The notes under the pieces are model-generated. The model was not told the origin of the DNA. It saw only the letters and a list, made by a program, of their open reading frames with translations, and searched no databases. A program made the translations under genes and the position numbers. From the NCBI GenBank assembly GCA_964016885.1, contig OZ024740.1, positions 318,122,001 to 318,186,000 of the forward strand: a stretch of 64,000 bases of DNA, in the 5' to 3' direction. Shown here in pieces: positions 11,540-26,499 of the stretch. Each line of letters opens with the position of its first letter. The stretch's first letter is position 1. Source of the stretch: Eledone cirrhosa. Lineage: Eukaryota.

Positions 11540-14500
11540 CTACAATACTCAAAAAATAATCCAGGAGTGTCTCGTCTATTCCCACAACTTACGTTCTATC
11601 TGACATTCTAAAGACTCTAACAATTCGAAGTCTTTCTACTACAATACTCAGAACAAATAATCCAGGTTTGTCTCGTCTATTTCCACAACTTACATTCTAT
11701 CTAACATTCTAACGACTCTACCAATTCGAAGCCTTTTTACTACATTACTCACAACAAATAATTCAGGATTGTCTCGTCTATTTCCACAAATTACGTTCTA
11801 TCTGACATTCTAACGACTCTACCAATTCGCTGTCTATCTACTACAATACTCACAACAAATAATCCAGGATTGTCTCGTCTATTTCCACAACTTACATTCT
11901 ATCTGATATTCTAACGACTCTACCAATTCGAAGTCTTTCTACTACAATACTCACAACAAATAATCCAGGATTGTCTCGTCTATTTCCACAACTTACATTC
12001 TATCTGATATTCTAACGACTCTACCAATTCGAAGTCTTTCTACTACAATACTCACAACAAATAATCCAGGATTGTCTCGTCTATTTCCACAACTTACATT
12101 CTATCTGATATTCTAACGACTCTACCAATTCGAAGTCTTTCTCCTACAATACTAACAACAAATAATCCAGGATTGTCTCTTCTATTTCCACAACTTCACA
12201 TTCTATCTGACGTTCTAACAACTCTACCAATTCGAAATCTTTCTACTACAATACTAACAACAAATAATCCAGGATTGTCTCGTCTATTTCCACAACTTAC
12301 GTTCTATCTGACATTCTAACAACTCTACCAATTCGAAGTCTTTCTACTACAATACTCACAACAAATAATACAGGATTGGCTCGTCTATTTCCACAACTTA
12401 CATTCTATCTGACATTCTAACGACTCTACCAATTCGCTGTATTTCTACTACAATACTCACAACAAATAATCCAGCACTGCTTCGTCTATTTCCACAACTC
12501 ACATTCTATCTGACATTCTAACGACTCTACCAATTCGAAGTCTTTCTACTACAATACTCACAACAAATAATCCAGGAATATCTCGTCTATTTCCACAACT
12601 TACATTCTATCTGACATTGAAACGACTCTATCAATTCGAAGTCTTTCTACTACAATACTAATAAAAATAATCTAGGATTGTCTCGTCTATTTCCACAACT
12701 TACATTCTATCTGACATTGAAACGACTCTATCAATTCGAAGTCTTTCTACTACAATACTAACTTCAAATAATCCAGGATTGTCTCGTCTATTTCCACAAC
12801 TTACATTCTATCTGACATTCTAACGACTCTACCAATTCGAAGTTTTTCTACTACAATACTAACAACAAATAATCCAGGATTGTCTCGTCTATTTCCACAA
12901 CTTACGTTCTATCTGACATTCTAACAACTCTACCAATTCGAAGTCTTTCTACTACAATACTCACAACAAATAATACAGGATTGGCTCGTCTATTTCCACA
13001 ACTTACATTCTATCTGACATTCTAACGACTCTACCAATTCGCTGTATTTCTACTACAATACTCACAACAAATAATCCAGCACTGTTTCGTCTATTTCCAC
13101 AACTCACATTCTATCTGACATTCTAACGACTCTACCAATTCGAAGTCTTTCTACTACAATACTCACAACAAATAATCCAGGAATATCTCGTCTATTTCCA
13201 CAAATTACGTTCTATCTGACATTGAAACGACTCTATCAATTCGAAGTCTTTCTACTACAATACTAACTTCAAATAATCCAGGATTGTCTCGTCTATTTCC
13301 ACAACTTACATTCTATCTGACATTCTAACGACTCTATCAATTCGAAGTCTTTCTACTACAATACTAATAAAAATAATCTAGGATTGTCTCGTCTATTTCC
13401 ACAACTTACATTCTATCTGACGTTGAAACGACTCTATCAATTCGAAGTCTTTCTACTACAATACTAACTTCAAATAATCCAGGATTGTCTCGTCTATTTC
13501 CACAACTTACATTCTATCTGACATTCTAACGACTCTACCAATTCGAAGTCTTTCTACTACAATACTAATAAAAATAATCTAGGATTGTCTCGTCTATTTC
13601 CACAACTTACATTCTATCAGACATTCTAACGACTCTACCAATTCGCTGTCTTTCTACTACAATACTCACAACAAATAATCCAGGATTGTCTCGTCTATTT
13701 CCACAACTTACATTCTATCTGACGTTGAAACGACTCTATCAATTCGAAGTCTTTCTACTACAATACTAACCTCAAATAATCCAGGATTGTCTCGTCTATT
13801 TCCACAACTTACATTCTATCTGACATTCTAACGACTCTACCAATTCGAAGTCTTTCTACTACAATACTAATAAAAATAATCTAGGATTGTCTCGTCTATT
13901 TCCACAACTTACATTCTATCAGACATTCTAACGACTCTACCAATTCGCTGTCTTTCTACTACAATACTCACAACAAATAATCCAGGATTGTCTCGTCTAT
14001 TTCCAAAACGTACATTCTATCTGATATTCTAACGACTCTACGAATTCGAAGTTTTTCTACTACAATACTAACAACAAATAATCCAGGATTGTCTCTTCTA
14101 TTTCCACAACTTGCATTCTATCTGACATTCTAATGACTCTACCAATTCGAAGTCTTTCTACTACAATACTCACAACAAATAATCCAGGATTGTCTCGTCT
14201 ATTTCCACAACTTGCATTCTATCTGACATTCTAACGACTCTACCAATTCGAAGTCTTTCTACTACAATACTCACAACAAATAATCAAGGATTGTCTCGTC
14301 TATTTCCACAAATTACATTCTATCTGACATTCTAACGACTCTACAAATTCGCTGTCTTTCTACTACAATACTCAACAAATAATCCAGGACTGTCTCGTCT
14401 ATTTCCACAACTTACGTTCTATCTGACATTCTAAAGACTCTAACAATTCGAAGTCTTTCTACTACAATACTCAAAAAATAATCCAGGAGTGTCTCGTCTA

Positions 14501-17385
14501 TTCCCACAACTTACGTTCTATCTGACATTCTAAAGACTCTAACAATTCGAAGTCTTTCTACTACAATACTCAGAACAAATAATCCAGGTTTGTCTCGTCT
14601 ATTTCCACAACTTACATTCTATCTAACATTCTAACGACTCTACCAATTCGAAGCCTTTTTACTACATTACTCACAACAAATAATTCAGGATTGTCTCGTC
14701 TATTTCCACAAATTACGTTCTATCTGACATTCTAACGACTCTACCAATTCGCTGTCTATCTACTACAATACTCACAACAAATAATCCAGGATTGTCTCGT
14801 CTATTTCCACAACTTACATTCTATCTGATATTCTAACGACTCTACCAATTCGAAGTCTTTCTACTACAATACTCACAACAAATAATCCAGGATTGTCTCG
14901 TCTATTTCCACAACTTACATTCTATCTGATATTCTAACGACTCTACCAATTCGAAGTCTTTCTACTACAATACTCACAACAAATAATCCAGGATTGTCTC
15001 GTCTATTTCCACAACTTACATTCTATCTGATATTCTAACGACTCTACCAATTCGAAGTCTTTCTACTACAATACTAACAACAAATAATCCAGGATTGTCT
15101 CTTCTATTTCCACAACTTCACATTCTATCTGACGTTCTAACAACTCTACCAATTCGAAATCTTTCTACTACAATACTAACAACAAATAATCCAGGATTGT
15201 CTCGTCTATTTCCACAACTTACGTTCTATCTGACATTCTAACAACTCTACCAATTCGAAGTCTTTCTACTACAATACTCACAACAAATAATACAGGATTG
15301 GCTCGTCTATTTCCACAACTTACATTCTATCTGACATTCTAACGACTCTACCAATTCGCTGTATTTCTACTACAATACTCACAACAAATAATCCAGCACT
15401 GCTTCGTCTATTTCCACAACTCACATTCTATCTGACATTCTAACGACTCTACCAATTCGAAGTCTTTCTACTACAATACTCACAACAAATAATCCAGGAA
15501 TATCTCGTCTATTTCCACAACTTACATTCTATCTGACATTGAAACGACTCTATCAATTCGAAGTCTTTCTACTACAATACTAATAAAAATAATCTAGGAT
15601 TGTCTCGTCTATTTCCACAACTTACATTCTATCTGACATTGAAACGACTCTATCAATTCGAAGTCTTTCTACTACAATACTAACTTCAAATAATCCAGGA
15701 TTGTCTCGTCTATTTCCACAACTTACATTCTATCTGACATTCTAACGACTCTACCAATTCGAAGTTTTTCTACTACAATACTAACAACAAATAATCCAGG
15801 ATTGTCTCGTCTATTTCCACAACTTACGTTCTATCTGACATTCTAACAACTCTACCAATTCGAAGTCTTTCTACTACAATACTCACAACAAATAATACAG
15901 GATTGGCTCGTCTATTTCCACAACTTACATTCTATCTGACATTCTAACGACTCTACCAATTCGCTGTATTTCTACTACAATACTCACAACAAATAATCCA
16001 GCACTGTTTCGTCTATTTCCACAACTCACATTCTATCTGACATTCTAACGACTCTACCAATTCGAAGTCTTTCTACTACAATACTCACAACAAATAATCC
16101 AGGAATATCTCGTCTATTTCCACAAATTACGTTCTATCTGACATTGAAACGACTCTATCAATTCGAAGTCTTTCTACTACAATACTAACTTCAAATAATC
16201 CAGGATTGTCTCGTCTATTTCCACAACTTACATTCTATCTGACATTCTAACGACTCTATCAATTCGAAGTCTTTCTACTACAATACTAATAAAAATAATC
16301 TAGGATTGTCTCGTCTATTTCCACAACTTACATTCTATCTGACGTTGAAACGACTCTATCAATTCGAAGTCTTTCTACTACAATACTAACTTCAAATAAT
16401 CCAGGATTGTCTCGTCTATTTCCACAACTTACATTCTATCTGACATTCTAACGACTCTACCAATTCGAAGTCTTTCTACTACAATACTAATAAAAATAAT
16501 CTAGGATTGTCTCGTCTATTTCCACAACTTACATTCTATCAGACATTCTAACGACTCTACCAATTCGCTGTCTTTCTACTACAATACTCACAACAAATAA
16601 TCCAGGATTGTCTCGTCTATTTCCACAACTTACATTCTATCTGACGTTGAAACGACTCTATCAATTCGAAGTCTTTCTACTACAATACTAACTTCAAATA
16701 ATCCAGGATTGTCTCGTCTATTTCCACAACTTACATTCTATCTGACATTCTAACGACTCTACCAATTCGAAGTCTTTCTACTACAATACTAATAAAAATA
16801 ATCTAGGATTGTCTCGTCTATTTCCACAACTTACATTCTATCAGACATTCTAACGACTCTACCAATTCGCTGTCTTTCTACTACAATACTCACAACAAAT
16901 AATCCAGGATTGTCTCGTCTATTTCCAAAACGTACATTCTATCTGATATTCTAACGACTCTACCAATTCGAAGTTTTTCTACTACAATACTAACAACAAA
17001 TAATCCAGGATTGTCTCTTCTATTTCCACAACTTGCATTCTATCTGACATTCTAATGACTCTACCAATTCGAAGTCTTTCTACTACAATACTCACAACAA
17101 ATAATCCAGGATTGTCTCGTCTATTTCCACAACTTGCATTCTATCTGACATTCTAACGACTCTACCAATTCGAAGTCTTTCTACTACAATACTCACAACA
17201 AATAATCCAGGATTGTCTCGTCTATTTCCACAAATTACATTCTATCTGACATTCTAACGACTCTACAAATTCGCTGTCTTTCTACTACAATACTCAACAA
17301 ATAATCCAGGACTGTCTCGTCTATTTCCACAACTTACGTTCTATCTGACATTCTAAAGACTCTAACAATTCGAAGTCTTTCTACT
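11540..17385. repeat. Tandem duplication of a 29-monomer block (2922 bp x2)
   Basis: Rare markers share the same 2922 offset: CCAGGAGTGT 11561/14483, GCTGTCTATC 11829/14751, CAACTTCACA 12191/15113. A chimeric monomer marks the junction near 14460. Confidence 0.92.
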
Positions 17386-20300
17386 ACAATACTCAGAACA
17401 AATAATCCAGGTTTGTCTCGTCTATTTCCACAACTTACATTCTATCTAACATTCTAACGACTCTACCAATTCGAAGCCTCTTTACTACATTACTCACAAC
17501 AAATAATTCAGGATTGTCTCGTCTATTTCCACAAATTACGTTCTATCTGACATTCTAACGACTCTACCAATTCGCTGTCTATCTACTACAATACTCACAA
17601 CAAATAATCCAGGATTGTCTCGTCTATTTCCACAACTTACATTCTATCTGATATTCTAACGACTCTACCAGTTCGAAGTCTTTCTACTACAATACTCACA
17701 ACAAATAATCCAGGATTGTCTCGTCTATTTCCACAACTTACATTCTATCTGATATTCTAACGACTCTACCAATTCGAAGTCTTTCTACTACAATACTCAC
17801 AACAAATAATCCAGGATTGTCTCGTCTATTTCCACAACTTACATTCTATCTGATATTCTAACGACTCTACCAATTCGAAGTCTTTCTACTACAATACTAA
17901 CAACAAATAATCCAGGATTGTCTCTTCTATTTCCACAACTTCACATTCTATCTGACGTTCTAACAACTCTACCAATTCGAAATCTTTCTACTACAATACT
18001 AACAACAAATAATCCAGGATTGTCTCGTCTATTTCCACAAATTACGTTCTATCTGACATTCTAACAACTCTACCAATTCGAAGTCTTTCTACTACAATAC
18101 TCACAACAAATAATACAGGATTGGCTCGTCTATTTCCATAACTTACATTCTATCTGACATTCTAACGACTCTACCAATTCGCTGTATTTCTACTACAATA
18201 CTCACAACAAATAATCCAGCACTGCTTCGTCTATTTCCACAACTCACATTCTATCTGACATTCTAACGACTCTACCAATTCGAAGTCTTTCTACTACAAT
18301 ACTCACAACAAATAATCCAGGAATATCTCGTCTATTTCCACAACTTACATTCTATCTGACATTGAAACGACTCTATCAATTCGAAATCTTTCTACTACAA
18401 TAGTAACTTCAAATAATCCAGGATTGTCTCATCTATTTCCACAACTTACATTCTATCTGACATTCTAACGACTCTATCAATTCGAAGTCTTTCTACTACA
18501 ATACTAATAAAAATAATCTAGGATTGTCTCGTCTATTTCCACAACTTACATTCTATCTGACATTGAAACGACTCTATCAATTCGAAGTCTTTCTACTACA
18601 ATACTAACTTCAAATAATCCAGGATTGTCTCGTCTATTTCCACAACTTACATTCTATCTGACATTCTAACGACTCTACCAATTCGAAGTTTTTCTACTAC
18701 AATACTAACAACAAATAATCCAGGATTGTCTCGTCTATTTCCACAACTTACGTTCTATCTGACATTCTAACAACTCTACCAATTCGAAGTCTTTCTACTA
18801 CAATACTCACAACAAATAATACAGGATTGGCTCGTCTATTTCCACAACTTACATTCTATCTGACATTCTAACGACTCTACCAATTCGCTGTATTTCTACT
18901 ACAATACTCACAACAAATAATCCAGCACTGTTTCGTCTATTTCCACAACTCACATTCTATCTGACATTCTAACGACTCTACCAATTCGAAGTCTTTCTAC
19001 TACAATACTCACAACAAATAATCCAGGAATATCTCGTCTATTTCCACAAATTACGTTCTATCTGACATTGAAACGACTCTATCAATTCGAAGTCTTTCTA
19101 CTACAATACTAACTTCAAATAATCCAGGATTGTCTCGTCTATTTCCACAACTTACATTCTATCTGACATTCTAACGACTCTATCAATTCGAAGTCTTTCT
19201 ACTACAATACTAATAAAAATAATCTAGGATTGTCTCGTCTATTTCCACAACTTACATTCTATCTGACGTTGAAACGACTCTATCAATTCGAAGTCTTTCT
19301 ACTACAATACTAACTTCAAATAATCCAGGATTGTCTCGTCTATTTCCACAACTTACATTCTATCTGACATTCTAACGACTCTACCAATTCGAAGTCTTTC
19401 TACTACAATACTAATAAAAATAATCTAGGATTGTCTCGTCTATTTCCACAACTTACATTCTATCAGACATTCTAACGACTCTACCAATTCGCTGTCTTTC
19501 TACTACAATACTCACAACAAATAATCCAGGATTGTCTCGTCTATTTCCAAAACGTACATTCTATCTGACATTCTAACGACTCTACCAATTCGAAGTTTTT
19601 CTACTACAATACTAACAACAAATAATCCAGGATTTTCTCGTCTATTTCCACAAATTACATTCTATCTGACATTCTAACGACTCTACCAATTCGCTGTATT
19701 TCTACTACAATACTCAAAACAAATAATCCAGGATTGTCTCGTCTATTTCTACAACATACATTCTATCTGACATTCTAACGACTCTACCAATTCGCTGTCT
19801 TTCTACTACAATACTCAACAAATAATCCAGGACTGTCTCGTCTATTTCCACAACTTACGTTCTATCTGACATTCTAAAGACTCTAACAATTCGAAGTCTT
19901 TCTACTACAATACTCAGAAGAAATAATCCAGGTTTGCCTCGTCTATTTCCACAACTTACATTCTATCTGACATTCTAATGACTCTACCAATTCGAAGTCT
20001 TTCTACTACAATACTCACAACAAATAATCCAGGATTGTCTCGTCTATTTCCACAACTTGCATTCTATCTGACATTCTAACGAGTCTACCAATTCGAAGTC
20101 TTTCTACTACAATACTCACAACAAATAATCCAGGATTGTCTCGTCTATTTCCACAAATTACATTCTATCTGACATTCTAACGACTCTACAAATTCGCTGT
20201 CTTTCTACTACAATACTCAACAAATAATCCAGGACTGTCTCGTCTATTTCCACAACTTACGTTCTATCTGACATTCTAAAGACTCTAACAATTCGAAGTC

Positions 20301-23300
20301 TTTCTACTACAATACTCAGAACAAATAATCCAGGTTTGTCTCGTCTATTTCCACAACTTACATTCTATCTAACATTCTAACGACTCTACCAATTCGAAGC
20401 CTTTTTACTACATTACTCACAACAAATAATTCAGGATTGTCTCGTCTATTTCCACAAATTACGTTCTATCTGACATTCTAACGACTCTACCTTTTCGCTG
20501 TCTTTCTACTACAATACTCACAACAAATAATCCAGGATTGTCTCGTCTATTTCCACAACTTACATTCTATCTGATATTCTAACGACTCTACCAATTCGAA
20601 GTCTTTCTACTACAATACTCACATCAAATTATCCAGGATTGTCTCGTCTATTTCCACAACTTACATTCTATCTGATATTCTAACGACTCTACCAATTCGA
20701 AGTCTTTCTACTACAATACTCACAACAAATAATCCAGGATTGTCTCGTCTATTTCCACAACTTACATTCTATCTGATATTCTAACGACTCTACCAATTCG
20801 AAGTCTTTCTACTACAATACTAACAACAAATAATCCAGGATTGTCTCTTCTATTTCCACAACTTCACATTCTATCTGACATTCTAACAACTCTACCAATT
20901 CGAAATCTTTCTACTACAATACTCACAACAAATAATCCAGGATTGTCTCGTCTATTTCCACAACTTACATTCTATCTGATATTCTAACGACTCTACCAAT
21001 TCGAAGTCTTTCTACTACAATACTAACAACAAATAATCCAGGATTGTCTTTTCTATTTCCACAACTTAAATTCTATCTGATATTCTAACGACTCTACCAA
21101 TTCGAAGTCTTTCTACTACAATACTCACAACAAATAATACAGGATTGGCTCGTCTATTTCCACAACTTACATTCTATCTGACATTCTAACGACTCTACCA
21201 ATTCGCTGTATTTCTACTACAATACTCACAACAAATAATCCAGCACTGCTTCGTCAATTTCCACAACTCACATTCTATCTGACATTCTAACGACTCTACC
21301 AATTCGAAGTCTTTCTACTACAATACTCACAACAAATAATCCAGGAATATCTCGTCTATTTCCACAACTTACATTCTATCTGACATTGAAACGACTCTAT
21401 CAATTCGAAGTCTTTCTACTACAATAGTAACTTCAAATAATCCAGGATTGTCTCGTCTATTTCCACAACTTACACACTATCTGACATTCTAACGACTCTA
21501 TCAATTCGAAGTCTTTCTACTACAATACTAATAAAAATAATCTAGGATTGTCTCGTCTATTTCCACAACTTACATTCTATCTGACATTGAAACGACTCTA
21601 TCAATTCGAAGTCTTTCTACTACAATACTAACTTCAAATAATCCAGGATTGTCTCGTCTATTTCCACAACTTACATTCTATCTGACATTCTAACGTCTAC
21701 CAATTCGAAGTCTTTCTACTACAATACTAATAAAAATAATCTAGGATTGTCTCGTCTATTTCCACAACTTACATTCTATCAGACATTCTAACGACTCTAC
21801 CAATTCGCTGTCTTTCTACTACAATACTCACAACAAATAATCCAGGATTGTCTCGTCTATTTCCAAAACGTACATTCTATCTGACATTCTAACGACTCTA
21901 CCAATTCGAAGTTTTTCTACTACAATACTAACAACAAATAATCCAGGATTGTCTCGTCTATTTCCACAACTTACGTTCTATCTGACATTCTAACAACTCT
22001 ACCAATTCGAAGTCTTTCTACTACAATACTCACAACAAATAATACAGGATTGGCTCGTCTATTTCCACAACTTACATTCTATCTGACATTCTAACGACTC
22101 TACCAATTCGCTGTATTTCTACTACAATACTCACAACAAATAATCCAGCACTGTTTCGTCTATTTCCACAACTCACATTCTATCTGACATTCTAACGACT
22201 CTACCAATTCGAAGTCTTTCTACTACAATACTCACAACAAATAATCCAGGAATATCTCGTCTATTTCCACAAATTACGTTCTATCTGACATTGAAACGAC
22301 TCTATCAATTCGAAGTCTTTCTACTACAATACTAACTTCAAATAATCCAGGATTGTCTCGTCTATTTCCACAACTTACATTCTATCTGACATTCTAACGA
22401 CTCTATCAATTCGAAGTCTTTCTACTACAATACTAATAAAAATAATCTAGGATTGTCTCGTCTATTTCCACAACTTACATTCTATCTGACGTTGAAACGA
22501 CTCTATCAATTCGAAGTCTTTCTACTACAATACTAACTTCAAATAATCCAGGATTGTCTCGTCTATTTCCACAACTTACATTCTATCTGACATTCTAACG
22601 ACTCTACCAATTCGAAGTCTTTCTACTACAATACTAATAAAAATAATCTAGGATTGTCTCGTCTATTTCCACAACTTACATTCTATCAGACATTCTAACG
22701 ACTCTACCAATTCGCTGTCTTTCTACTACAATACTCACAACAAATAATCCAGGATTGTCTCGTCTATTTCCAAAACGTACATTCTATCTGACATTCTAAC
22801 GACTCTACCAATTCGAAGTTTTTCTACTACAATACTAACAACAAATAATCCAGGATTTTCTCGTCTATTTCCACAACTTACATTCTATCTGACATTCTAA
22901 CGACTCTACCAATTCGCTGTATTTCTACTACAATACTCAAAACAAATAATCCAGGATTGTCTCGTCTATTTCCACAACATACATTCTATCTGACATTCTA
23001 ACGACTCTACCAATTCGCTGTCTTTCTACTACAATACTCAACAAATAATCCAGGACTGTCTCGTCTATTTCCACAACTTACGTTCTATCTGACATTCTAA
23101 AGACTCTAACAATTCGAAGTCTTTCTACTATAATACTCAGAACAAATAATCCAGGTTTGCCTCGTCTATTTCCACAACTTACATTCTATCTAACATTCTA
23201 ACGACTCTACCAATTCGAAGCCTTTTTACTACATTACTCACAACAAATAATTCAGGATTGTCTCGTCTATTTCCACAACTTACATTCTATCTAACACTCT

Positions 23301-26300
23301 AAGGACTCTACCAATTCGAAGCCTTTTTACTACATTAATCACAACAAATAATTCAGGATTGCCCCGTCTATTTCCACAACTTACATTCTACCTGACATTC
23401 TAACGACTCTACCAATTCGCTGTCTTTCTACTACAATACTCACAACAAATAATCCAGGATTGTCTCGTCTATTTCCACAACTTACATTCTATCTAACATT
23501 CTAACAACTCCACCAATTCGAAATCTTTCTACTACAATACTCACAACAAATCATCCAGGATTGTCTCGTCTATTTCCACAACTTACATTCTATCTGATAT
23601 TCTAACGACTCTACCAATTCGAAGTCTTTCTACTACAATACTAACAACAAATAATCCAGGATTGTCTCTTCTATTTCCACAACTTACATTCTATCTAACA
23701 TTCTAACAACTCCACCAACTCGAAATCTTTCTACTACAATACTCACAACAAATCATCCAGGATTGTCTCGTCTATTTCCACAACATACATTCTATCTGAT
23801 ATTCTAACGACTCTACCAATTCGAAGTTTTTCTACTACAATACTAACAACAAATAATCCAGGATTGTCTCTTCTATTTCCACAACTTGCATTCTATCTGA
23901 CATTCTAATGACTCTACCAATTCGAAGTCTTTCTACTACAATACTCACAACAAATAATCCAGGATTGTCTCTTCTATTTCCACAACTTGCATTCTATCTG
24001 ACATTCTAATGACTCTACCAATTCGAAGTCTTTCTACTACAATACTCACAACAAATAATCAAGGATTGTCTCGTCTATTTCCACAACTTGCATTCTATCT
24101 GACATTCTAACGACTCTACCAATTCGAAGTCTTTCTACTACAATACTCACAACAAATAATCCAGGATTGTCTCGTCTATTTCCACAAATTACATTCTATC
24201 TGACATTGTAACGACTCTACAAATTCGCTGTCTTTCTACTACAATACTCACAACAAATAATCCAGGATTGTCTCGTCTATTTCCACAACATACATTCTAT
24301 CTGACATTCTAACGACTCTACCAATTCGCTGTCTTTCTACTACAATACTCAACAAATAATCCAGGACTGTCTCGTCTATTTCCACAACTTACGTTCTATC
24401 TGACATTCTAAAGACTCTAACAATTCGAAGTCTTTCTACTACAATACTCAGAACAAATAATCCAGGTTTGTCTCGTCTATTTCCACAACTTACATTCTAT
24501 CTAACATTCTAACGACTCTACCAATTCGAAGCCTTTTTACTACATTACTTACAACAAATAATTCAGGATTGTCTCGTCTATTTCCACAAATTACGTTCTA
24601 TCTGACATTCTAACGACTCTACCAATTCGCTGTCTTTCTACTACAATACTCACAACAAATAATCCAGGATTGTCTCGTCTATTTCCACAACTTACATTCT
24701 ATCTGATATTCTAACGACTCTACCAATTCGAAGTCTTTCTACTACAATACTCACAACAAATAATCCAGGATTGTCTCGTCTATTTCCACAACTTACATTC
24801 TATCTGATATTCTAACGACTCTACCAATTCGAAGTCTTTCTACTACAATACCCACAACAAATAATCCAGGATTGTCTCGTCTATTTCCACAACTTACATT
24901 CTATCTGATATTCTAACGACTCTACCAATTCGAAGTCTTTCTACTATTATACTAACAACAAATAATCCAGGATTGTCTCTTCTATTACCACAACTTACAT
25001 TCTATCTGACATTCTAACAACTCTACCAATTCGAAATCTTTCTACTACAATACTCACAACAAATAATCCAGGATTGTCTCGTCTATTTCCACAACTTACA
25101 TTCTATCTGATATTCTAACGACTCTACCAATTCGAAGTCTTTCTACTACAATACTAACAACAAATAATCCAGGATTGTCTTTTCTATTTCCACAACTTAC
25201 ATTCTATCTGACGTTCTAACAACTCTACCAATTCGAAATCTTTCTACTACAATACTCACAACAAATAATCCAGGATTGTCTCGTCTATTTCCACAACTTA
25301 CATTCTATCTGATATTCTAACGACTCTACCAATTCGAAGTCTTTCTACTACAATACTAACAACAAATAATCCAGGATTGTCTCGTCTATTTCCACAACTT
25401 ACGTTCTATCTGACATTCTAACAACTCTACCAATTCGAAGTCTTTCTACTACAATACTCACAACAAATAATACAGGATTGGCTCGTCTATTTCCACAACT
25501 TACATTCTATCTGACATTCTAACGACTCTACCAATTCGCTGTATTTCTACTACAATACTCACAACAAATAATCCAGCACTGTTTCGTCTATTTCCACAAC
25601 TCACATTCTATCTGACATTCTAACGACTCTACCAATTCGAAGTCTTTCTACTACAATACTCACAACAAATAATCCAGGAATATCTCGTCTATTTCCACAA
25701 CTTACATTCTATCTGACATTGAAACGACTCTATCAATTCGAAGTCTTTCTACTACAATACTAACTTCAAATAATCCAGGATTGTCTCGTCTATTTCCACA
25801 ACTTACATTCTATCTGACATTCTAACGACTCTATCAATTCGAAGTCTTTCTACTACAATACAAATAAAAATAATCTAGGATTGTCTCGTCTATTTCCACA
25901 ACTTACATTCTATCTGACATTGAAACGACTCTATCAATTCGAAGTCTTTCTACTACAATACTAACTTCAAATAATCCAGGATTGTCTCGTCTATTTCCAC
26001 AACTTACATTCTATCTGACATTCTAACGACTCTACCAATTCGAAGTCTTTCTACTACAATACTAATAAAAATAATCTAGGATTGTCTCGTCTATTTCCAC
26101 AACCTACATTCTATCAGACATTCTAACGACTCTACCAATTCGCTGTATTTCTACTACAATACTCACAACAAATAATCCAGCACTGTTTCGTCTATTTCCA
26201 CAACTCACATTCTATCTGACATTCTAACGACTCTATCAATTCGAAGTCTTTCTACTACAATACTAATAAAAATAATCTAGGATTGTCTCGTCTATTTCCA

Positions 26301-26499
26301 CAACTTACATTCTATCTGACATTGAAACGACTCTATCAATTCGAAGTCTTTCTACTACAATACTAACTTCAAATAATCCAGGATTGTCTCGTCTATTTCC
26401 ACAACTTACATTCTATCTGACATTCTAACGACTCTACCAATTCGAAGTCTTTCTACTACAATAGTAATAAAAATAATCTAGGATTGTCTCGTCTATTTC

